A stretch of 64,000 nucleotides of DNA from Styela clava (taxonomy: Eukaryota). The notes beneath the pieces are model-generated. The model had not been told where the DNA came from. It searched no databases and saw only the letters and a program-made list of their open reading frames with translations. A program made the translations under genes and the position numbers. The DNA lies in NCBI RefSeq assembly GCF_964204865.1, contig NC_135258.1, positions 16,960,916-17,024,915 of the forward strand. The letters are read 5' to 3'. Each line of letters starts with the position of its first letter. The stretch's first letter is position 1. Positions 1 through 10,665 of the stretch are shown here, piece after piece.

Positions 1-313
1 AAGTTTTCATATAATTAAAAGTTCTTCTCTGAAGTACATTTTGATTTCTAACACTCTAAAAATCCAATTTTTAAAAATCTCAAATTTTGGATGTCGATTG
101 GACTAATTCAATCACAATTAATAGTCTTTTATTAGTTATTGCTTTTTAACCTAACAATTCAACTTATACTTTTGACTTATTACAAAAAAAGAACCTCACT
201 TCACTAAATTTTTAGTTGATTTTAAATAATAGTCATGGCTAAAATGTTGCAAAAAGGTTCTAAGTTAGCAGCTACGTAAATGAAAAAAATAAATAAATAT
301 AAAACGAAAGATT

Positions 314-1576
314 TTACGAAACAAAAAATATATCTTGCAATATTTGGGAATCGTCATCACATGGCAATGCGCTCTGTAATGTACTAACATTAATGGATGT
401 TCTTAGATTTGATTCTTGCATGGATGGATGTGCAGGTAGTTTTGAACGCGACAACTCTTCTGTAACATAAAGAGAATCAGTTTCTAAGTCTTGAGTTAGC
501 AAATGTAAAATTTGTTCCGGTGAGTTTCTAGTTTGCCGCAAAGTGCTGTTGCTTGAATTAGAAGATGTCAAAGTTTTTGGAGGAGTTGAATTACTGATAC
601 TTTTGGATGGAGAGATATAAGATACGCTTTCTTTCATTGGAATTGGAGATAGAGTTTGTATGGGAATTGATTTTTTCTTTAACGAGGATGGAGGGCCGGT
701 TGATTTATCCACATAATTTCTAACAGGTGGAGATTGATCTAACTCTGGCTCTAAGCCTTCCTTCATGAGAAGTAACTTCCGCAAATTTTCTTGTTCTTTT
801 TTTAATAATCTCTTTTTCTTTTTTAAAAACAATTTGTATTGTTGATCGGTCATCTGCAACACATCATCTTCTGTTAAACTTGAATTAGAAGTATGTTCGT
901 CATACGCATCATTCACTCTGATCTCATCTGATGTTACTTCATCAGTGCCAGTTATAATGGATTCCGTCATCTGAGACGATGATTCTACAGGTTTTTCATA
1001 ATTTGTCGAAGAGGATTCTGACTGTGCTTTAGACTCCTCCCTGGCAAGAAGTGTGGTTTGCTGCATGGTGATTAAATTTTGATAATATTGAAGCAATGTT
1101 TGGCATTGTTTTACCTCTTCCGCTAAAAATTGTTGCTTACTCATAAGAGCTCTTTTTTCTTCCTCCATTTGTCTTACTTGCATGACAAATTTATGTCTCT
1201 CATCATTGAGGGCGAGAACAATATTTTCTTTTTCTTCTCCAACTTTTGCGAGTTCTTGTATTAAGTGAGCAATTCTTTGTTTATCCTGGGGATTGAGATC
1301 TTTGAGAGTAACGCCATCATCGCTTTTAATAACACTATCTCCACCTTCCACCAATTTTTCAGGTACCAGTATTGACTTCTGTACTTTAGTACTACTTTTA
1401 TTTTTCAAAGGTGTTTTCTCTTGTTTATTAACAGTGATATTTTTCGTATGATTCCGTATTTTAGATGTATCATTACTCTTTCTCCTTGACCTTCTATTTT
1501 CTCTATCACTTATACGCTTTGTTTTTGGTTCAGAGTCAGTTGCATCTTCCCAGAAAATGTCACTACAGGACAGCAT
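314..1576 (-). CDS. single-exon ORF, 420 aa, coiled-coil N-terminal half then Ser/Thr/Pro-rich C-terminal half; uncharacterised
   Basis: Uninterrupted 1,263-nt ORF with a true ATG (1574-1576) and stop at 314-316 in AT-rich DNA, where a chance ORF this long is improbable. Heptad-like charged region (…IAHLIQELAKVGEEKEN…QMEEEKRALMSKQQFLAEEVKQ…) and basic patch KKKKRLLKKEQENLRK. I do not recognise the family by eye. Confidence 0.5.
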   Translation of the reverse strand: MLSCSDIFWEDATDSEPKTKRISDRENRRSRRKSNDTSKIRNHTKNITVNKQEKTPLKNKSSTKVQKSILVPEKLVEGGDSVIKSDDGVTLKDLNPQDKQRIAHLIQELAKVGEEKENIVLALNDERHKFVMQVRQMEEEKRALMSKQQFLAEEVKQCQTLLQYYQNLITMQQTTLLAREESKAQSESSSTNYEKPVESSSQMTESIITGTDEVTSDEIRVNDAYDEHTSNSSLTEDDVLQMTDQQYKLFLKKKKRLLKKEQENLRKLLLMKEGLEPELDQSPPVRNYVDKSTGPPSSLKKKSIPIQTLSPIPMKESVSYISPSKSISNSTPPKTLTSSNSSNSTLRQTRNSPEQILHLLTQDLETDSLYVTEELSRSKLPAHPSMQESNLRTSINVSTLQSALPCDDDSQILQDIFFVS

Positions 1577-4500
1577 GTTACAAAATAAATAATTTAAAAT
1601 TAAACTGGCCTAATTAATAACCTGAAATTTTATACAAAAGAGGTAGTAAAAACAATATAAAGACATTAATGCAGTTAGACAGATGTAGTGTAGATAAAAG
1701 AAACTCAACAACATTGTTAATAGCGATTAATATCATTTAATAAAAGCTTAATAACGTATTATTACAGCATGATTTTAAAAATAAAAATTGAAAGAAAATA
1801 TTTGTACAATAATACATAAAAGCACACCTTGTGATACAGAGATACCTGTATTCAGCTTTTATTAAATGAATTGAAATTTAGTGAATAATTTACCAATTTA
1901 CATTTTACATGGTAAATAAATTCACAACTATCATATAATTTCATAAAAACATATTTTACCAACTTTGCAGTGACCAAACATAATTTTTTTCTAACATCGT
2001 AACAAAAAACTGTACAGAAAGATAAACTAAGGACATCAAGAATTACAGTAGTTGTGAATTCAAGATATTCAAAAAGAAAATTCAAAATACATTTCAGATT
2101 GGGTTATCCAACCAATTTCCAATTGCATTATTAAGGGGGATATTGTAGTTTATCATATTCTATAAAATGAGAGAGGGCATTTTAATATGTGCCATAAAAT
2201 TCTGCAAAAACCTCAAACAATTAGGCATGGGTTAAAGATAATACATGTTTTATCTAAAGCTGATGCTGCAGATAACGACATAAAAAATTGAAACCAAAAA
2301 ATAAAATTCTGTTCAGTGGTGCAAGTTATCATAGAAAGCAGATTAATTTATGGATACTGCACAACTGCAAATTATAAAATCACTAACTTCTTTGTACATA
2401 CGGTATACATTTCTCAATAACAGCAGTTCTCCGTAACTGTTATGGGCTCTTTATCAAATAAAAACGAAGTGTACATTCCAGTGGATACATAAAAGCAAAA
2501 TGCAAATTTACTACAATAAAAGTACCGAAATAAAATATATGACCAAACCCTTTATCTTTACATATTACCAATATTAAAACAAATATTATATGAACCAACA
2601 GACAAAATAGAAAACAAATGCAAAGTGTTACCAATGATGCACAAAAGAGATCACAACAAACAATCATTAATTTACAGAAATCAGTAGATATGAATGACAT
2701 GAACCAGTGGCAAAAATTTTGCAACAAATCAGGAACACAAAAAATCTTAGAACTTAAATTATCAAAATCTATTTTTTTTTCAAACTTTAACGCAGGTATG
2801 AATACAATTTTAAAGTCTCTACATGGTAAAAATGAGCCTTTCTTAACCAGACAAAAGTGGAAAAAAGACAAAATTGAACGTACAAAAGTGCAAAAATATT
2901 TCAGGTTTTAAAGGAAATCTATATCCTATCTATATCTATACGATTAACATACATTTGCAATAAAACTTTTCTCCTTTAATACATGACATATTTTAATATT
3001 TTATCACATGTTTTTTCTTGGCAAATTGAGCAATACCGATTAAATATTGTAGTTCAATACTTATTATCAAAATTCACAATGACCTATTTATTTCAACAAA
3101 TTGGCAAAATCTATTGAAAATTTTATCCGAATCCAACATTCAAGGCACAAAAAATAGCAAAGCAATAATACCTAAAGGAATATAAAACTTGATTATCAAA
3201 AATACCATTTCAACAATCAATAGCATTGCTATGAAACTTCTAAATAACATTGTAAAAACACCTGTGGCAAAAATTTACATTATTCCACATTTATGAATAT
3301 GAAACATAAATCAACCACAATATACTAATATCCCTTCTGAAAATTTGCTTAGTAATGAGTTAATTCTTATCAAGTATATATCATACATAAATCGCACTAA
3401 GATGATACAATATATAAGCAGCCCATGCAAGACTGCTTCAATTTATTGAAATTCAATGTTTAATAAATGATTTGAATTACCATATGTTTCTTATCCGTGA
3501 TACAAAGCATTTTTTAAGGAAATTGATTATGCACAAAAACATGGCAATTCGTGGCGTGAGTTTTACATAAGTTAACCTAAATAAAATATTGTTGTATTGA
3601 TAGCCTTCATGAATATTTTCTTGATTATTGATACATTTTTGAGAAATATATTCCGAAGCAAAATGATAACATGGACGAAGCATGCTTGTTAACTTGTATA
3701 TTCAAAATGAAATCGAGTCTTATTTCAATTATTCTGTTTGGAAATCGTTGAAATATATAGCCAAACAATAAAAGAGATGTATCATAGGTTTCATTAGGTA
3801 CCCTTTACTGAATATTTTAGCTCGATTTTGTTCAGTCTAGCACTGCCAAGCATATTAATGTATTAATGTTGCAACAGAGAATTGACTTTCTTAACTCTTG
3901 GCAAAAATACCATACATAATATGAAAAGATAGAGAAATAAGCCACCGTGTTCAGAATGATCAATATATAGCAATCGAAAGTGCATGAGAAAATGATAAAC
4001 AACTGAGCAAGCATATATGAAACAAGGCAGTTAAAGCATTTTATTTAATAAAATTGAAGGTAACATGGAGAGGTACTTACATAAAAGCATAATAAATTAT
4101 CAAGTCCAGCACCTAGTGCGATTTCAAATATAAAAATTATAAAATGAAACAATGGGAGTTCAAATATATAAAACGGTTCATTAATGTTTCTACATATTTA
4201 ACGCAGTTCACAGAACAAATTTGAACCTGGGTGATTGAGAAGTTGAAAAAAATATATGAAACATGAACTACATACAGAGCACCAGTGAATTTAGTTGAAG
4301 CAAAATTCAAAGATAAAAACAGACTAAATATTTTTCTGATGCAGTGGCGTAAATCTAATTTTACTAAATTGGATATTAGAACAGCCAGGAATATACATGA
4401 AAAAATTGGCAATATCGTTACAATGAGCCAACATGCAGTATTTGAACTAATCTGCATCAAATCCCAAAATTGAGTAAACTTTTTAAATATTTCCAATTTT

Positions 4501-5264
4501 AGAAAACAGCAACTATAGCCAGCATAAAAATCCTAACTTTTTGACTATTCATATTTAAAATCCGAAAACAATAGAAAATTTTTTTTTTGGAAAATGCAAC
4601 AAAATATTGTATTTGTATTTTAGAGAAACTAAGCTAAACATTGATACAAAACTAACAGAACATCGCAAAAATGAAAACCTCTCAAATTATCTCATTAATT
4701 ATACGAAGCAAAAGTCTAGTGTAATCTATCATGGAAAGCCAGTTTGATTTCAAAATTAAAACATCGAAAGAAAAATACTGTTATGTCAATGCAATGTGTC
4801 AAAAAAAAAAGTTTGAAAACATGATGTATGAATTAATATGAAAACCAAAATAAAAAAACTTAAATGTAGCTATACAATATTGGCAAAATAAACTGCTATA
4901 ATTAATACGCTGTAGACATGTAATTTGTACCAACTACCAATACCAATCCCACAAAAACTTTCCTCATAGCAGCTAATTACTCAGATACAAAAATTTTACC
5001 CTAAGGATGTCTGCATCTGAATATTCGGGTACAATGGAATTCCAACTTCCAAGATCGAAATGAATATATTTTGTGAAATATCAAACCAAATTTAATTGAG
5101 ACAAACCATGATTTTAACACGAAACAGTAAATTTTACTTAAAAAATACAGTAATTGTATTCTTATTTCAAATCATAATCATCTCGTTTAAAATGTAATAA
5201 AAATGTAGTATAATAAATCAGGTACGAGGGATAAAATAAAAAAAAAGCATGAAATAATTATGCA

Positions 5265-8200
5265 TTATACACTCGTTTCATTTCTGAGAGGAAGTGAATG
5301 TGACCCGACAGTGTTCGTACTTCCTTTCAATTGAAAACTACTTTCTGAAATAATATTGTCATCGTCGACTATTGTATCATCATGGGATGATAATATTAAA
5401 TCCAAATCTTTTTCCGATTCCTCTGAATTTATTACATTATTAGATTTGTTAATATTTAGTTTGTCTAAATTTTGAGTCTCCGTAACAATAGGTCTGTCTG
5501 AATCTGTCTTATCATAAAGTAAAAAAGGATTTGCATTTTGTAACTGCTGTAATGTTAAATACCCATGATTTTCTGATTTTGCTGGAACATTAGTCCTACT
5601 ACCAACAACTGGTGATAACCTTTCAATGTTATTAGCTGTTGTTAAATTCGATGAAGAATCATCTATCTTTGTAGAGACATTTTCTGCTTGATGTAGGTTT
5701 CTTTCGACGCGGCTTCTACTTTTTTCACTCGACGTTGTGTCCCTTTCTCTTTCCGATAGAGTAGAATTGTGACTGCGTCTCATGTTTTGTTTCGCTCGCT
5801 TTGTGGCTTGACCATTTTTATCTGCTGCTAAACCTTTAAGATGACGATGTTGACCATTTGATTCTCCTCGTTTCACTCTTCTGTTAGGTTTGCTGTGAGA
5901 TTTTTGTGTGTCATGTTTTTTATTAGATGGTGAATGTATTAAAAGAGTTCTGTATTTTGATGCGCTACTGTTATCAATACCATTCATATTATTCCCAGTA
6001 CTTTCCACTCCATTACAATTCACAGATTTTTCTGGAGATTGTATTAGTGGACTCGCCTCATTGATATTGCCTTCTTTCTGACTTATATCCTCATTACTGG
6101 TGAGGGGATCTTGAGCATATTCTCGAAGAACGTTGAGTTTTTTCTGTCTGGCTCTTTTGTGTTCGAGTGCTTTTCTCATTCTCTGATATCTATTGTAGAA
6201 CAAAGCATTGTCAATTTTCGGCTGTGTGTGATGTTGCATAACAACAGGAATCGTGTGCATGTTGTTATGTGCTATTTCATCAAAACTATGTTCCGTCATG
6301 CTAGAATCATGTGTCATGTGTAAATTAGTCATTTTTACAGGTTTATTATGTTGTTGGTGTGTGTGACCAAGATGTCCCGTGTGGTGGTTATGGTACCCAT
6401 GATGGTAATGGTGTGAATCTGCCATGTAACTTCTCGAATTCATTGCCATACAATGATCGTGAGAATACGGGTGGTGCAAATGTCCATGACTGGGTGAATG
6501 ACCTCTGAAACTAGCATTTAGAGCATGATCAGAGTGTTTGATAACACAGCCACTATGCATAGAAGTAATGGATTTGGCAGCACGCTCAATCTGGTGGTCC
6601 ACGCAAGGTAAATGGCCACTTTCATACATATTTTGCATATTATGGGGTGAAATACCACTATTATCTCTTGATAATTGTCTGAAATTAACACTTCCACTGT
6701 GAGCTATTTGTTCATCTTCTACTGTTGTAGAGTTGAAAATAGTCTCCATTGTAGTTGGATCTGTTTTATCAGTGTACATTTGATGTTCCCTTTGGTTTTT
6801 CTTATTTCCACATGGCGTAGATGTTTTATCATGAACCGAAGAACGGAAATCATCTGCATGTTCACCTGCTGCATCAAAATGATCACTTTCTGTATTCAAT
6901 GGTGCTGAAGTAGCTTGCGATTGTAAATCGGCATTTCTTTTGTATCCTTTTCTAGCTCGCTTGCAAGATGAACAAATGTAATTCCATGATGACCTGACAT
7001 CTCTTCGACAAATTAAATGCTGTATAAGTAAAAATACACCCATTATTATCGCCATTACTGCATAAGCATATGAAAATACTTCACCAGAAGTTGAAGTTGA
7101 TCCTTGTTGCCAGATTGCAAAATCCATGAATTCAGTTTCATATTGATCTTCATGTGAAAATTTATCCTGCATACCCGGAGCAGCAACTGACAATGCAGCA
7201 GCAACCCAAGTCATAATAAAGAAAACAAACAGCAAAGCAACACCAGTAAGCTGAGTTTTAAAACTTTGTTCATTCGAACGAGAAACTTGAAAACTGGGCG
7301 ATGTCACCGAACCACCGATTACTGCATTGTTGACTTGTGTGGAATAATGAAGCGAACTATCTTCATCTAAATTCCTACTGCATATCGCTTGATACCGATC
7401 TCCACCATTTGCCACTCTTGTATTTCCTTGCCATGATGAACGTGCAAGTGGGGAACTGGGACTGTCATCTTGTCTGGAGTGTTGATTGAGGGCACACAAT
7501 ACTCTTATCAACAAAATAACACAAACCACTGCTATCAAAAAAGCAGGCAAGTAAAAGGCAAAAATACTGGTTTCCCATGACAACCAACAATACTCCCTGT
7601 GCTTCCCAATATCACCGCTATAATTTTGAACTTTGGCAGCAGCTGTGATTCCACAAATCACTGTTGGAATCCCACATCCAATAAGATAAAACCTTAGCAT
7701 TGGTCTGGGTGGTTTTGGTTCAGCAGAAGGTGGTCTACTATGAATAACCAATTCTTTGTGAATATTTTTTGCACTAATTGTAATCCATAACAAAATTGAC
7801 AATGATGCATAGTGTAGAACGATTCCACATGCCAAGCACATAGCTTTGTAATCTACCCGCCAAATCCCGAGAGCAAAAGCACAAGAGACAAGTAACATAT
7901 GTCCACATATGTTAACAAGCATATGTCTAGAGTCTGACGATATTTTCAGTTTACTTGAACAGCAAATGTAACTCATTATAATTACAATGAGGCATGCATT
8001 GAGAATTCCTGTGCCTGCAAATACTGCTGGATGTGCCAGATTTGCCAATGACCATGGGTTGGAAGAATCAGCGACAGAAGATGGATCATATAATATCGTT
8101 ACAACAGACAATTTCTTGCATCTAACATAGGTGTAGTTCCTGTTGAAACGTTGTGGCGAAGCTATACAACTCTCGTCTTTTACCCAACCACGATCTCGAG

Positions 8201-10211
8201 ACCAAACTGCGGGACCATGAGATCCTGTGTGAGTAGTTTTAAATTTGAAACTAATTGGGTCAGAGAGATTAGAAACATTGCAACCACTAACTCCAGTTTC
8301 CAGAACAATATTCTGTGTTATTGAGTTTGAATTTCCAAAGGTTGTGTTCGATAAGCTGTCTATACTATCCAGAAATTTTTGTTGAAATAGGCTCCCATTT
8401 CTATAGGCAATGAAGTAAAGCTTATATTGGCCAGTTGGACTTTCTCCACATGAATTAAGAAGGGATTTTGGCAAAGACACAGAAGATTGCATTTCTTGGC
8501 GTTTAAATTGAGATGTCTTACATTCAAATTTGAAGTTTTTAATACCGCTTGAAACCTTACATGTCAATCCATTACCTTCTTTATTATATTGTGACTTACT
8601 CTCCATCATAAATCCACTCACTGCGATATTTTCAGAAGCATCGCTGAACTCTGCAGAAGATGTTCCTTTCAGTGCATAGCTTCTTACAACTTTCAAAATT
8701 TTATCGCACGCTCCAGAAGCTTTTTGTGCCTCTCTTAAAAGAGATGCATTGGCATTCATAGCATAGCTTGCTAATCCCAATATTTCATCGCCCAAATCAT
8801 GCCTGTTGCCATGAACCATAACATCCATCAATCTTTCCATTAGCTGACTGATTAACTGGACAGTGAGAGATTCTGTGATGGGTGTGGGAACTTGAAGCAA
8901 GCCAAGATTCCTTATCAACTCCTGAACTAAAGATTCTGCATTACGTGATGTAATATCTTTTAAAGAATTGTGTATCAATCTAGTTGCCTTGCTTTTGTAA
9001 GGGCAGTGGTCATAATGCTCCAATGACCAATTCCCACTGGAACAGCTTCGATATGCCTTGTTAATATGCATTTCACCAGGCATACTTCGTGATAATGGGC
9101 ATTTGATGGACTTTGTTATGCCAGATACCGTTGAGTTCCACGTAAAGTCACCTCTGTTATTTTCAACTTCCCTTCTAGGGCAGTAACTAGAATTATGACT
9201 TATGACTATAATTCTGATAACTCTATTTTCACTTCCATGTTCTGATGAAACCATACAACTCCAATTTCCACTGTGATTCTTAGAGAGATTTTTTATCTGT
9301 AAGAATCCCATAATAATTGGTTCATACTTGCTGATGGCTGCATTTTTTACAATCAGGTTTTCGTCACTCAGATTAATAGATATTCTGTTGAAACTCCAAG
9401 TTATTTCAGACGTTGGCAAATTTGTACCTTCACATTGCATAAAGAATTCATCACCTTCAAAAACTAATTGATGGGAATCCGGTGTTATTTCAAAATAGGG
9501 CAAACTTGATAATGTATTATTTGCATCACATACAAAATCATCCGTAGTCAAGCTACGAAGCGAACGTCCCCTCAAACTTAGGGGTAAGTGACAAGTTCCA
9601 TATACTCTTACTGGAGGGTCTTTCGTATCGATCCAGATTTTGAAATCATGCATAAGGCAGTTGCAAACAAAATCAGTAGATTTCACATACAATTTTCTTA
9701 ATTTTGGAAGATTCGAAAATGAATCTCCAGGAATTATGGGAAATATGTTTAAGGAAAGGTCCAGAACTTCCAGACTTGGTAAACCCTCAAACATATCGGC
9801 GGATAAATGTCCAATGCTGTTTGAACTCAAATTCAGTCGTGTCAAATTTGTAAAAATTGAAAACGATTTTGGAGATATTCTTGAAATTTTATTGTTTGAC
9901 ATATCCAACTTTATAACTTGTTTTAATATTTCAAGTGTGTGAAGTTTTTCTCCAAAAATATCTTTATTTATTTCTTTCAAATCATTATCAGTAAGATCTA
10001 TGGAAAGTAAGACAATGTCGTCTGGAAATTCCGCATTAGCAAACATGTCAGCAATATTGATTCTGTGACAGTCCATTTTCTTGCCTTGTATCTTGGACTG
10101 TCGTGACTTGTTCCTGCAGCCGCATGACGTGTGGTAATTGAGAACACATCCATTTGACAGAGATGCAAGTAATAGGATCACAGGCAGTAATATCTCGGGG
10201 AACTCCATCAT
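5265..10211 (-). CDS. adhesion GPCR, ADGRA (GPR124/GPR125)-like, intronless, 1,648 aa
   Basis: Single ORF. The track start 10223 is TTG; the first ATGs are at 10209-10211 and 10206-10208 (MMEF…). Signal peptide EFPEILLPVILLLASLSNG. LRR repeats (LxxLxLxxNxI…) plus LRRCT (CNC…FVCD). Ig-like domain (QCEGT…ITW…GNWSCMV). Hormone-receptor motif CPRREVENNRGDFTW…C…GNWS…C. GPS-like CIASPQRFNRNYTYVRCKKLSVVTILYD. Seven hydrophobic helices (about 6990-8045 on +) with a long ICL3. 500-aa tail ending ETSV. Confidence 0.85.
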   Translation of the reverse strand: MMEFPEILLPVILLLASLSNGCVLNYHTSCGCRNKSRQSKIQGKKMDCHRINIADMFANAEFPDDIVLLSIDLTDNDLKEINKDIFGEKLHTLEILKQVIKLDMSNNKISRISPKSFSIFTNLTRLNLSSNSIGHLSADMFEGLPSLEVLDLSLNIFPIIPGDSFSNLPKLRKLYVKSTDFVCNCLMHDFKIWIDTKDPPVRVYGTCHLPLSLRGRSLRSLTTDDFVCDANNTLSSLPYFEITPDSHQLVFEGDEFFMQCEGTNLPTSEITWSFNRISINLSDENLIVKNAAISKYEPIIMGFLQIKNLSKNHSGNWSCMVSSEHGSENRVIRIIVISHNSSYCPRREVENNRGDFTWNSTVSGITKSIKCPLSRSMPGEMHINKAYRSCSSGNWSLEHYDHCPYKSKATRLIHNSLKDITSRNAESLVQELIRNLGLLQVPTPITESLTVQLISQLMERLMDVMVHGNRHDLGDEILGLASYAMNANASLLREAQKASGACDKILKVVRSYALKGTSSAEFSDASENIAVSGFMMESKSQYNKEGNGLTCKVSSGIKNFKFECKTSQFKRQEMQSSVSLPKSLLNSCGESPTGQYKLYFIAYRNGSLFQQKFLDSIDSLSNTTFGNSNSITQNIVLETGVSGCNVSNLSDPISFKFKTTHTGSHGPAVWSRDRGWVKDESCIASPQRFNRNYTYVRCKKLSVVTILYDPSSVADSSNPWSLANLAHPAVFAGTGILNACLIVIIMSYICCSSKLKISSDSRHMLVNICGHMLLVSCAFALGIWRVDYKAMCLACGIVLHYASLSILLWITISAKNIHKELVIHSRPPSAEPKPPRPMLRFYLIGCGIPTVICGITAAAKVQNYSGDIGKHREYCWLSWETSIFAFYLPAFLIAVVCVILLIRVLCALNQHSRQDDSPSSPLARSSWQGNTRVANGGDRYQAICSRNLDEDSSLHYSTQVNNAVIGGSVTSPSFQVSRSNEQSFKTQLTGVALLFVFFIMTWVAAALSVAAPGMQDKFSHEDQYETEFMDFAIWQQGSTSTSGEVFSYAYAVMAIIMGVFLLIQHLICRRDVRSSWNYICSSCKRARKGYKRNADLQSQATSAPLNTESDHFDAAGEHADDFRSSVHDKTSTPCGNKKNQREHQMYTDKTDPTTMETIFNSTTVEDEQIAHSGSVNFRQLSRDNSGISPHNMQNMYESGHLPCVDHQIERAAKSITSMHSGCVIKHSDHALNASFRGHSPSHGHLHHPYSHDHCMAMNSRSYMADSHHYHHGYHNHHTGHLGHTHQQHNKPVKMTNLHMTHDSSMTEHSFDEIAHNNMHTIPVVMQHHTQPKIDNALFYNRYQRMRKALEHKRARQKKLNVLREYAQDPLTSNEDISQKEGNINEASPLIQSPEKSVNCNGVESTGNNMNGIDNSSASKYRTLLIHSPSNKKHDTQKSHSKPNRRVKRGESNGQHRHLKGLAADKNGQATKRAKQNMRRSHNSTLSERERDTTSSEKSRSRVERNLHQAENVSTKIDDSSSNLTTANNIERLSPVVGSRTNVPAKSENHGYLTLQQLQNANPFLLYDKTDSDRPIVTETQNLDKLNINKSNNVINSEESEKDLDLILSSHDDTIVDDDNIISESSFQLKGSTNTVGSHSLPLRNETSV

Positions 10212-10310
10212 ACTAATGATCAAGAAGTCATGAGCAGTTTAATGGCTGCCACAAATGTGTTATAGTTATCACGTTATCATTTCAACCATAATTATATTTA
10301 AACATTAATT

Positions 10311-10665
10311 CTAGGATAAGATAGGATTTACATATTTATCCCGGGGGAGAGGAAAGGCGATAAGACGGCTTAATCATATGGCGAACCACGGCCTCTCACC
10401 CGGTTACCAGTCCAGGTCGGGTATGGGATTAGATAGCCAGTTATTTGTTCTGGAAAGCATGGACTTGACTTGGACTTAATGGTGGAGGAAGCCGTAACCG
10501 ACCAGTGGTTACGTGAACCACCCTGCGGCGGCGAGGAGTCCAGCAATGCTCTCGCACATGATCATCCCTGCATGGGATTCGAACCGGCGAACCCACGAAG
10601 GGTAATTAGAGATGCGGTGAGGAGCGTATTTCTAACGCTTAGCACGATAGCCACACCGCCGAGCC
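10311..10665 (-). mobile_element. tRNA-derived SINE, family A, full-length copy
   Basis: Read on the minus strand: GGCTCGGCGGTGTGGCTATCGTGCTAAGCG…GGTTCGAATCCCATGCAGGG (pol III A box, perfect B box), then a body with GGGTGGTTCACGTAACC…GGTTACGGCTTCCTCCACC, ending in the tail GGATAAATATGTAAATCCTATCTTATCC. Related copies at 11899-12097, 20741-21005, 25129-25432, 31760-31865 and 36690-36800. Confidence 0.7.

Noticed and set aside
6111-9942. Small + strand ORFs (6111-6323, 6675-6908, 9640-9942) inside the GPCR gene
   Set aside because: Antisense to a 1,648-aa homology-supported CDS. No independent support.
10221-10223. Track start codons labelled M at 10223, 51879, 52317 (TTG) and 14849, 52623 (GTG)
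   Set aside because: The underlying codons are not ATG. True starts were reassigned to the first in-frame ATG: 10211, 51900, 14945. 52317 and 52623 are internal.
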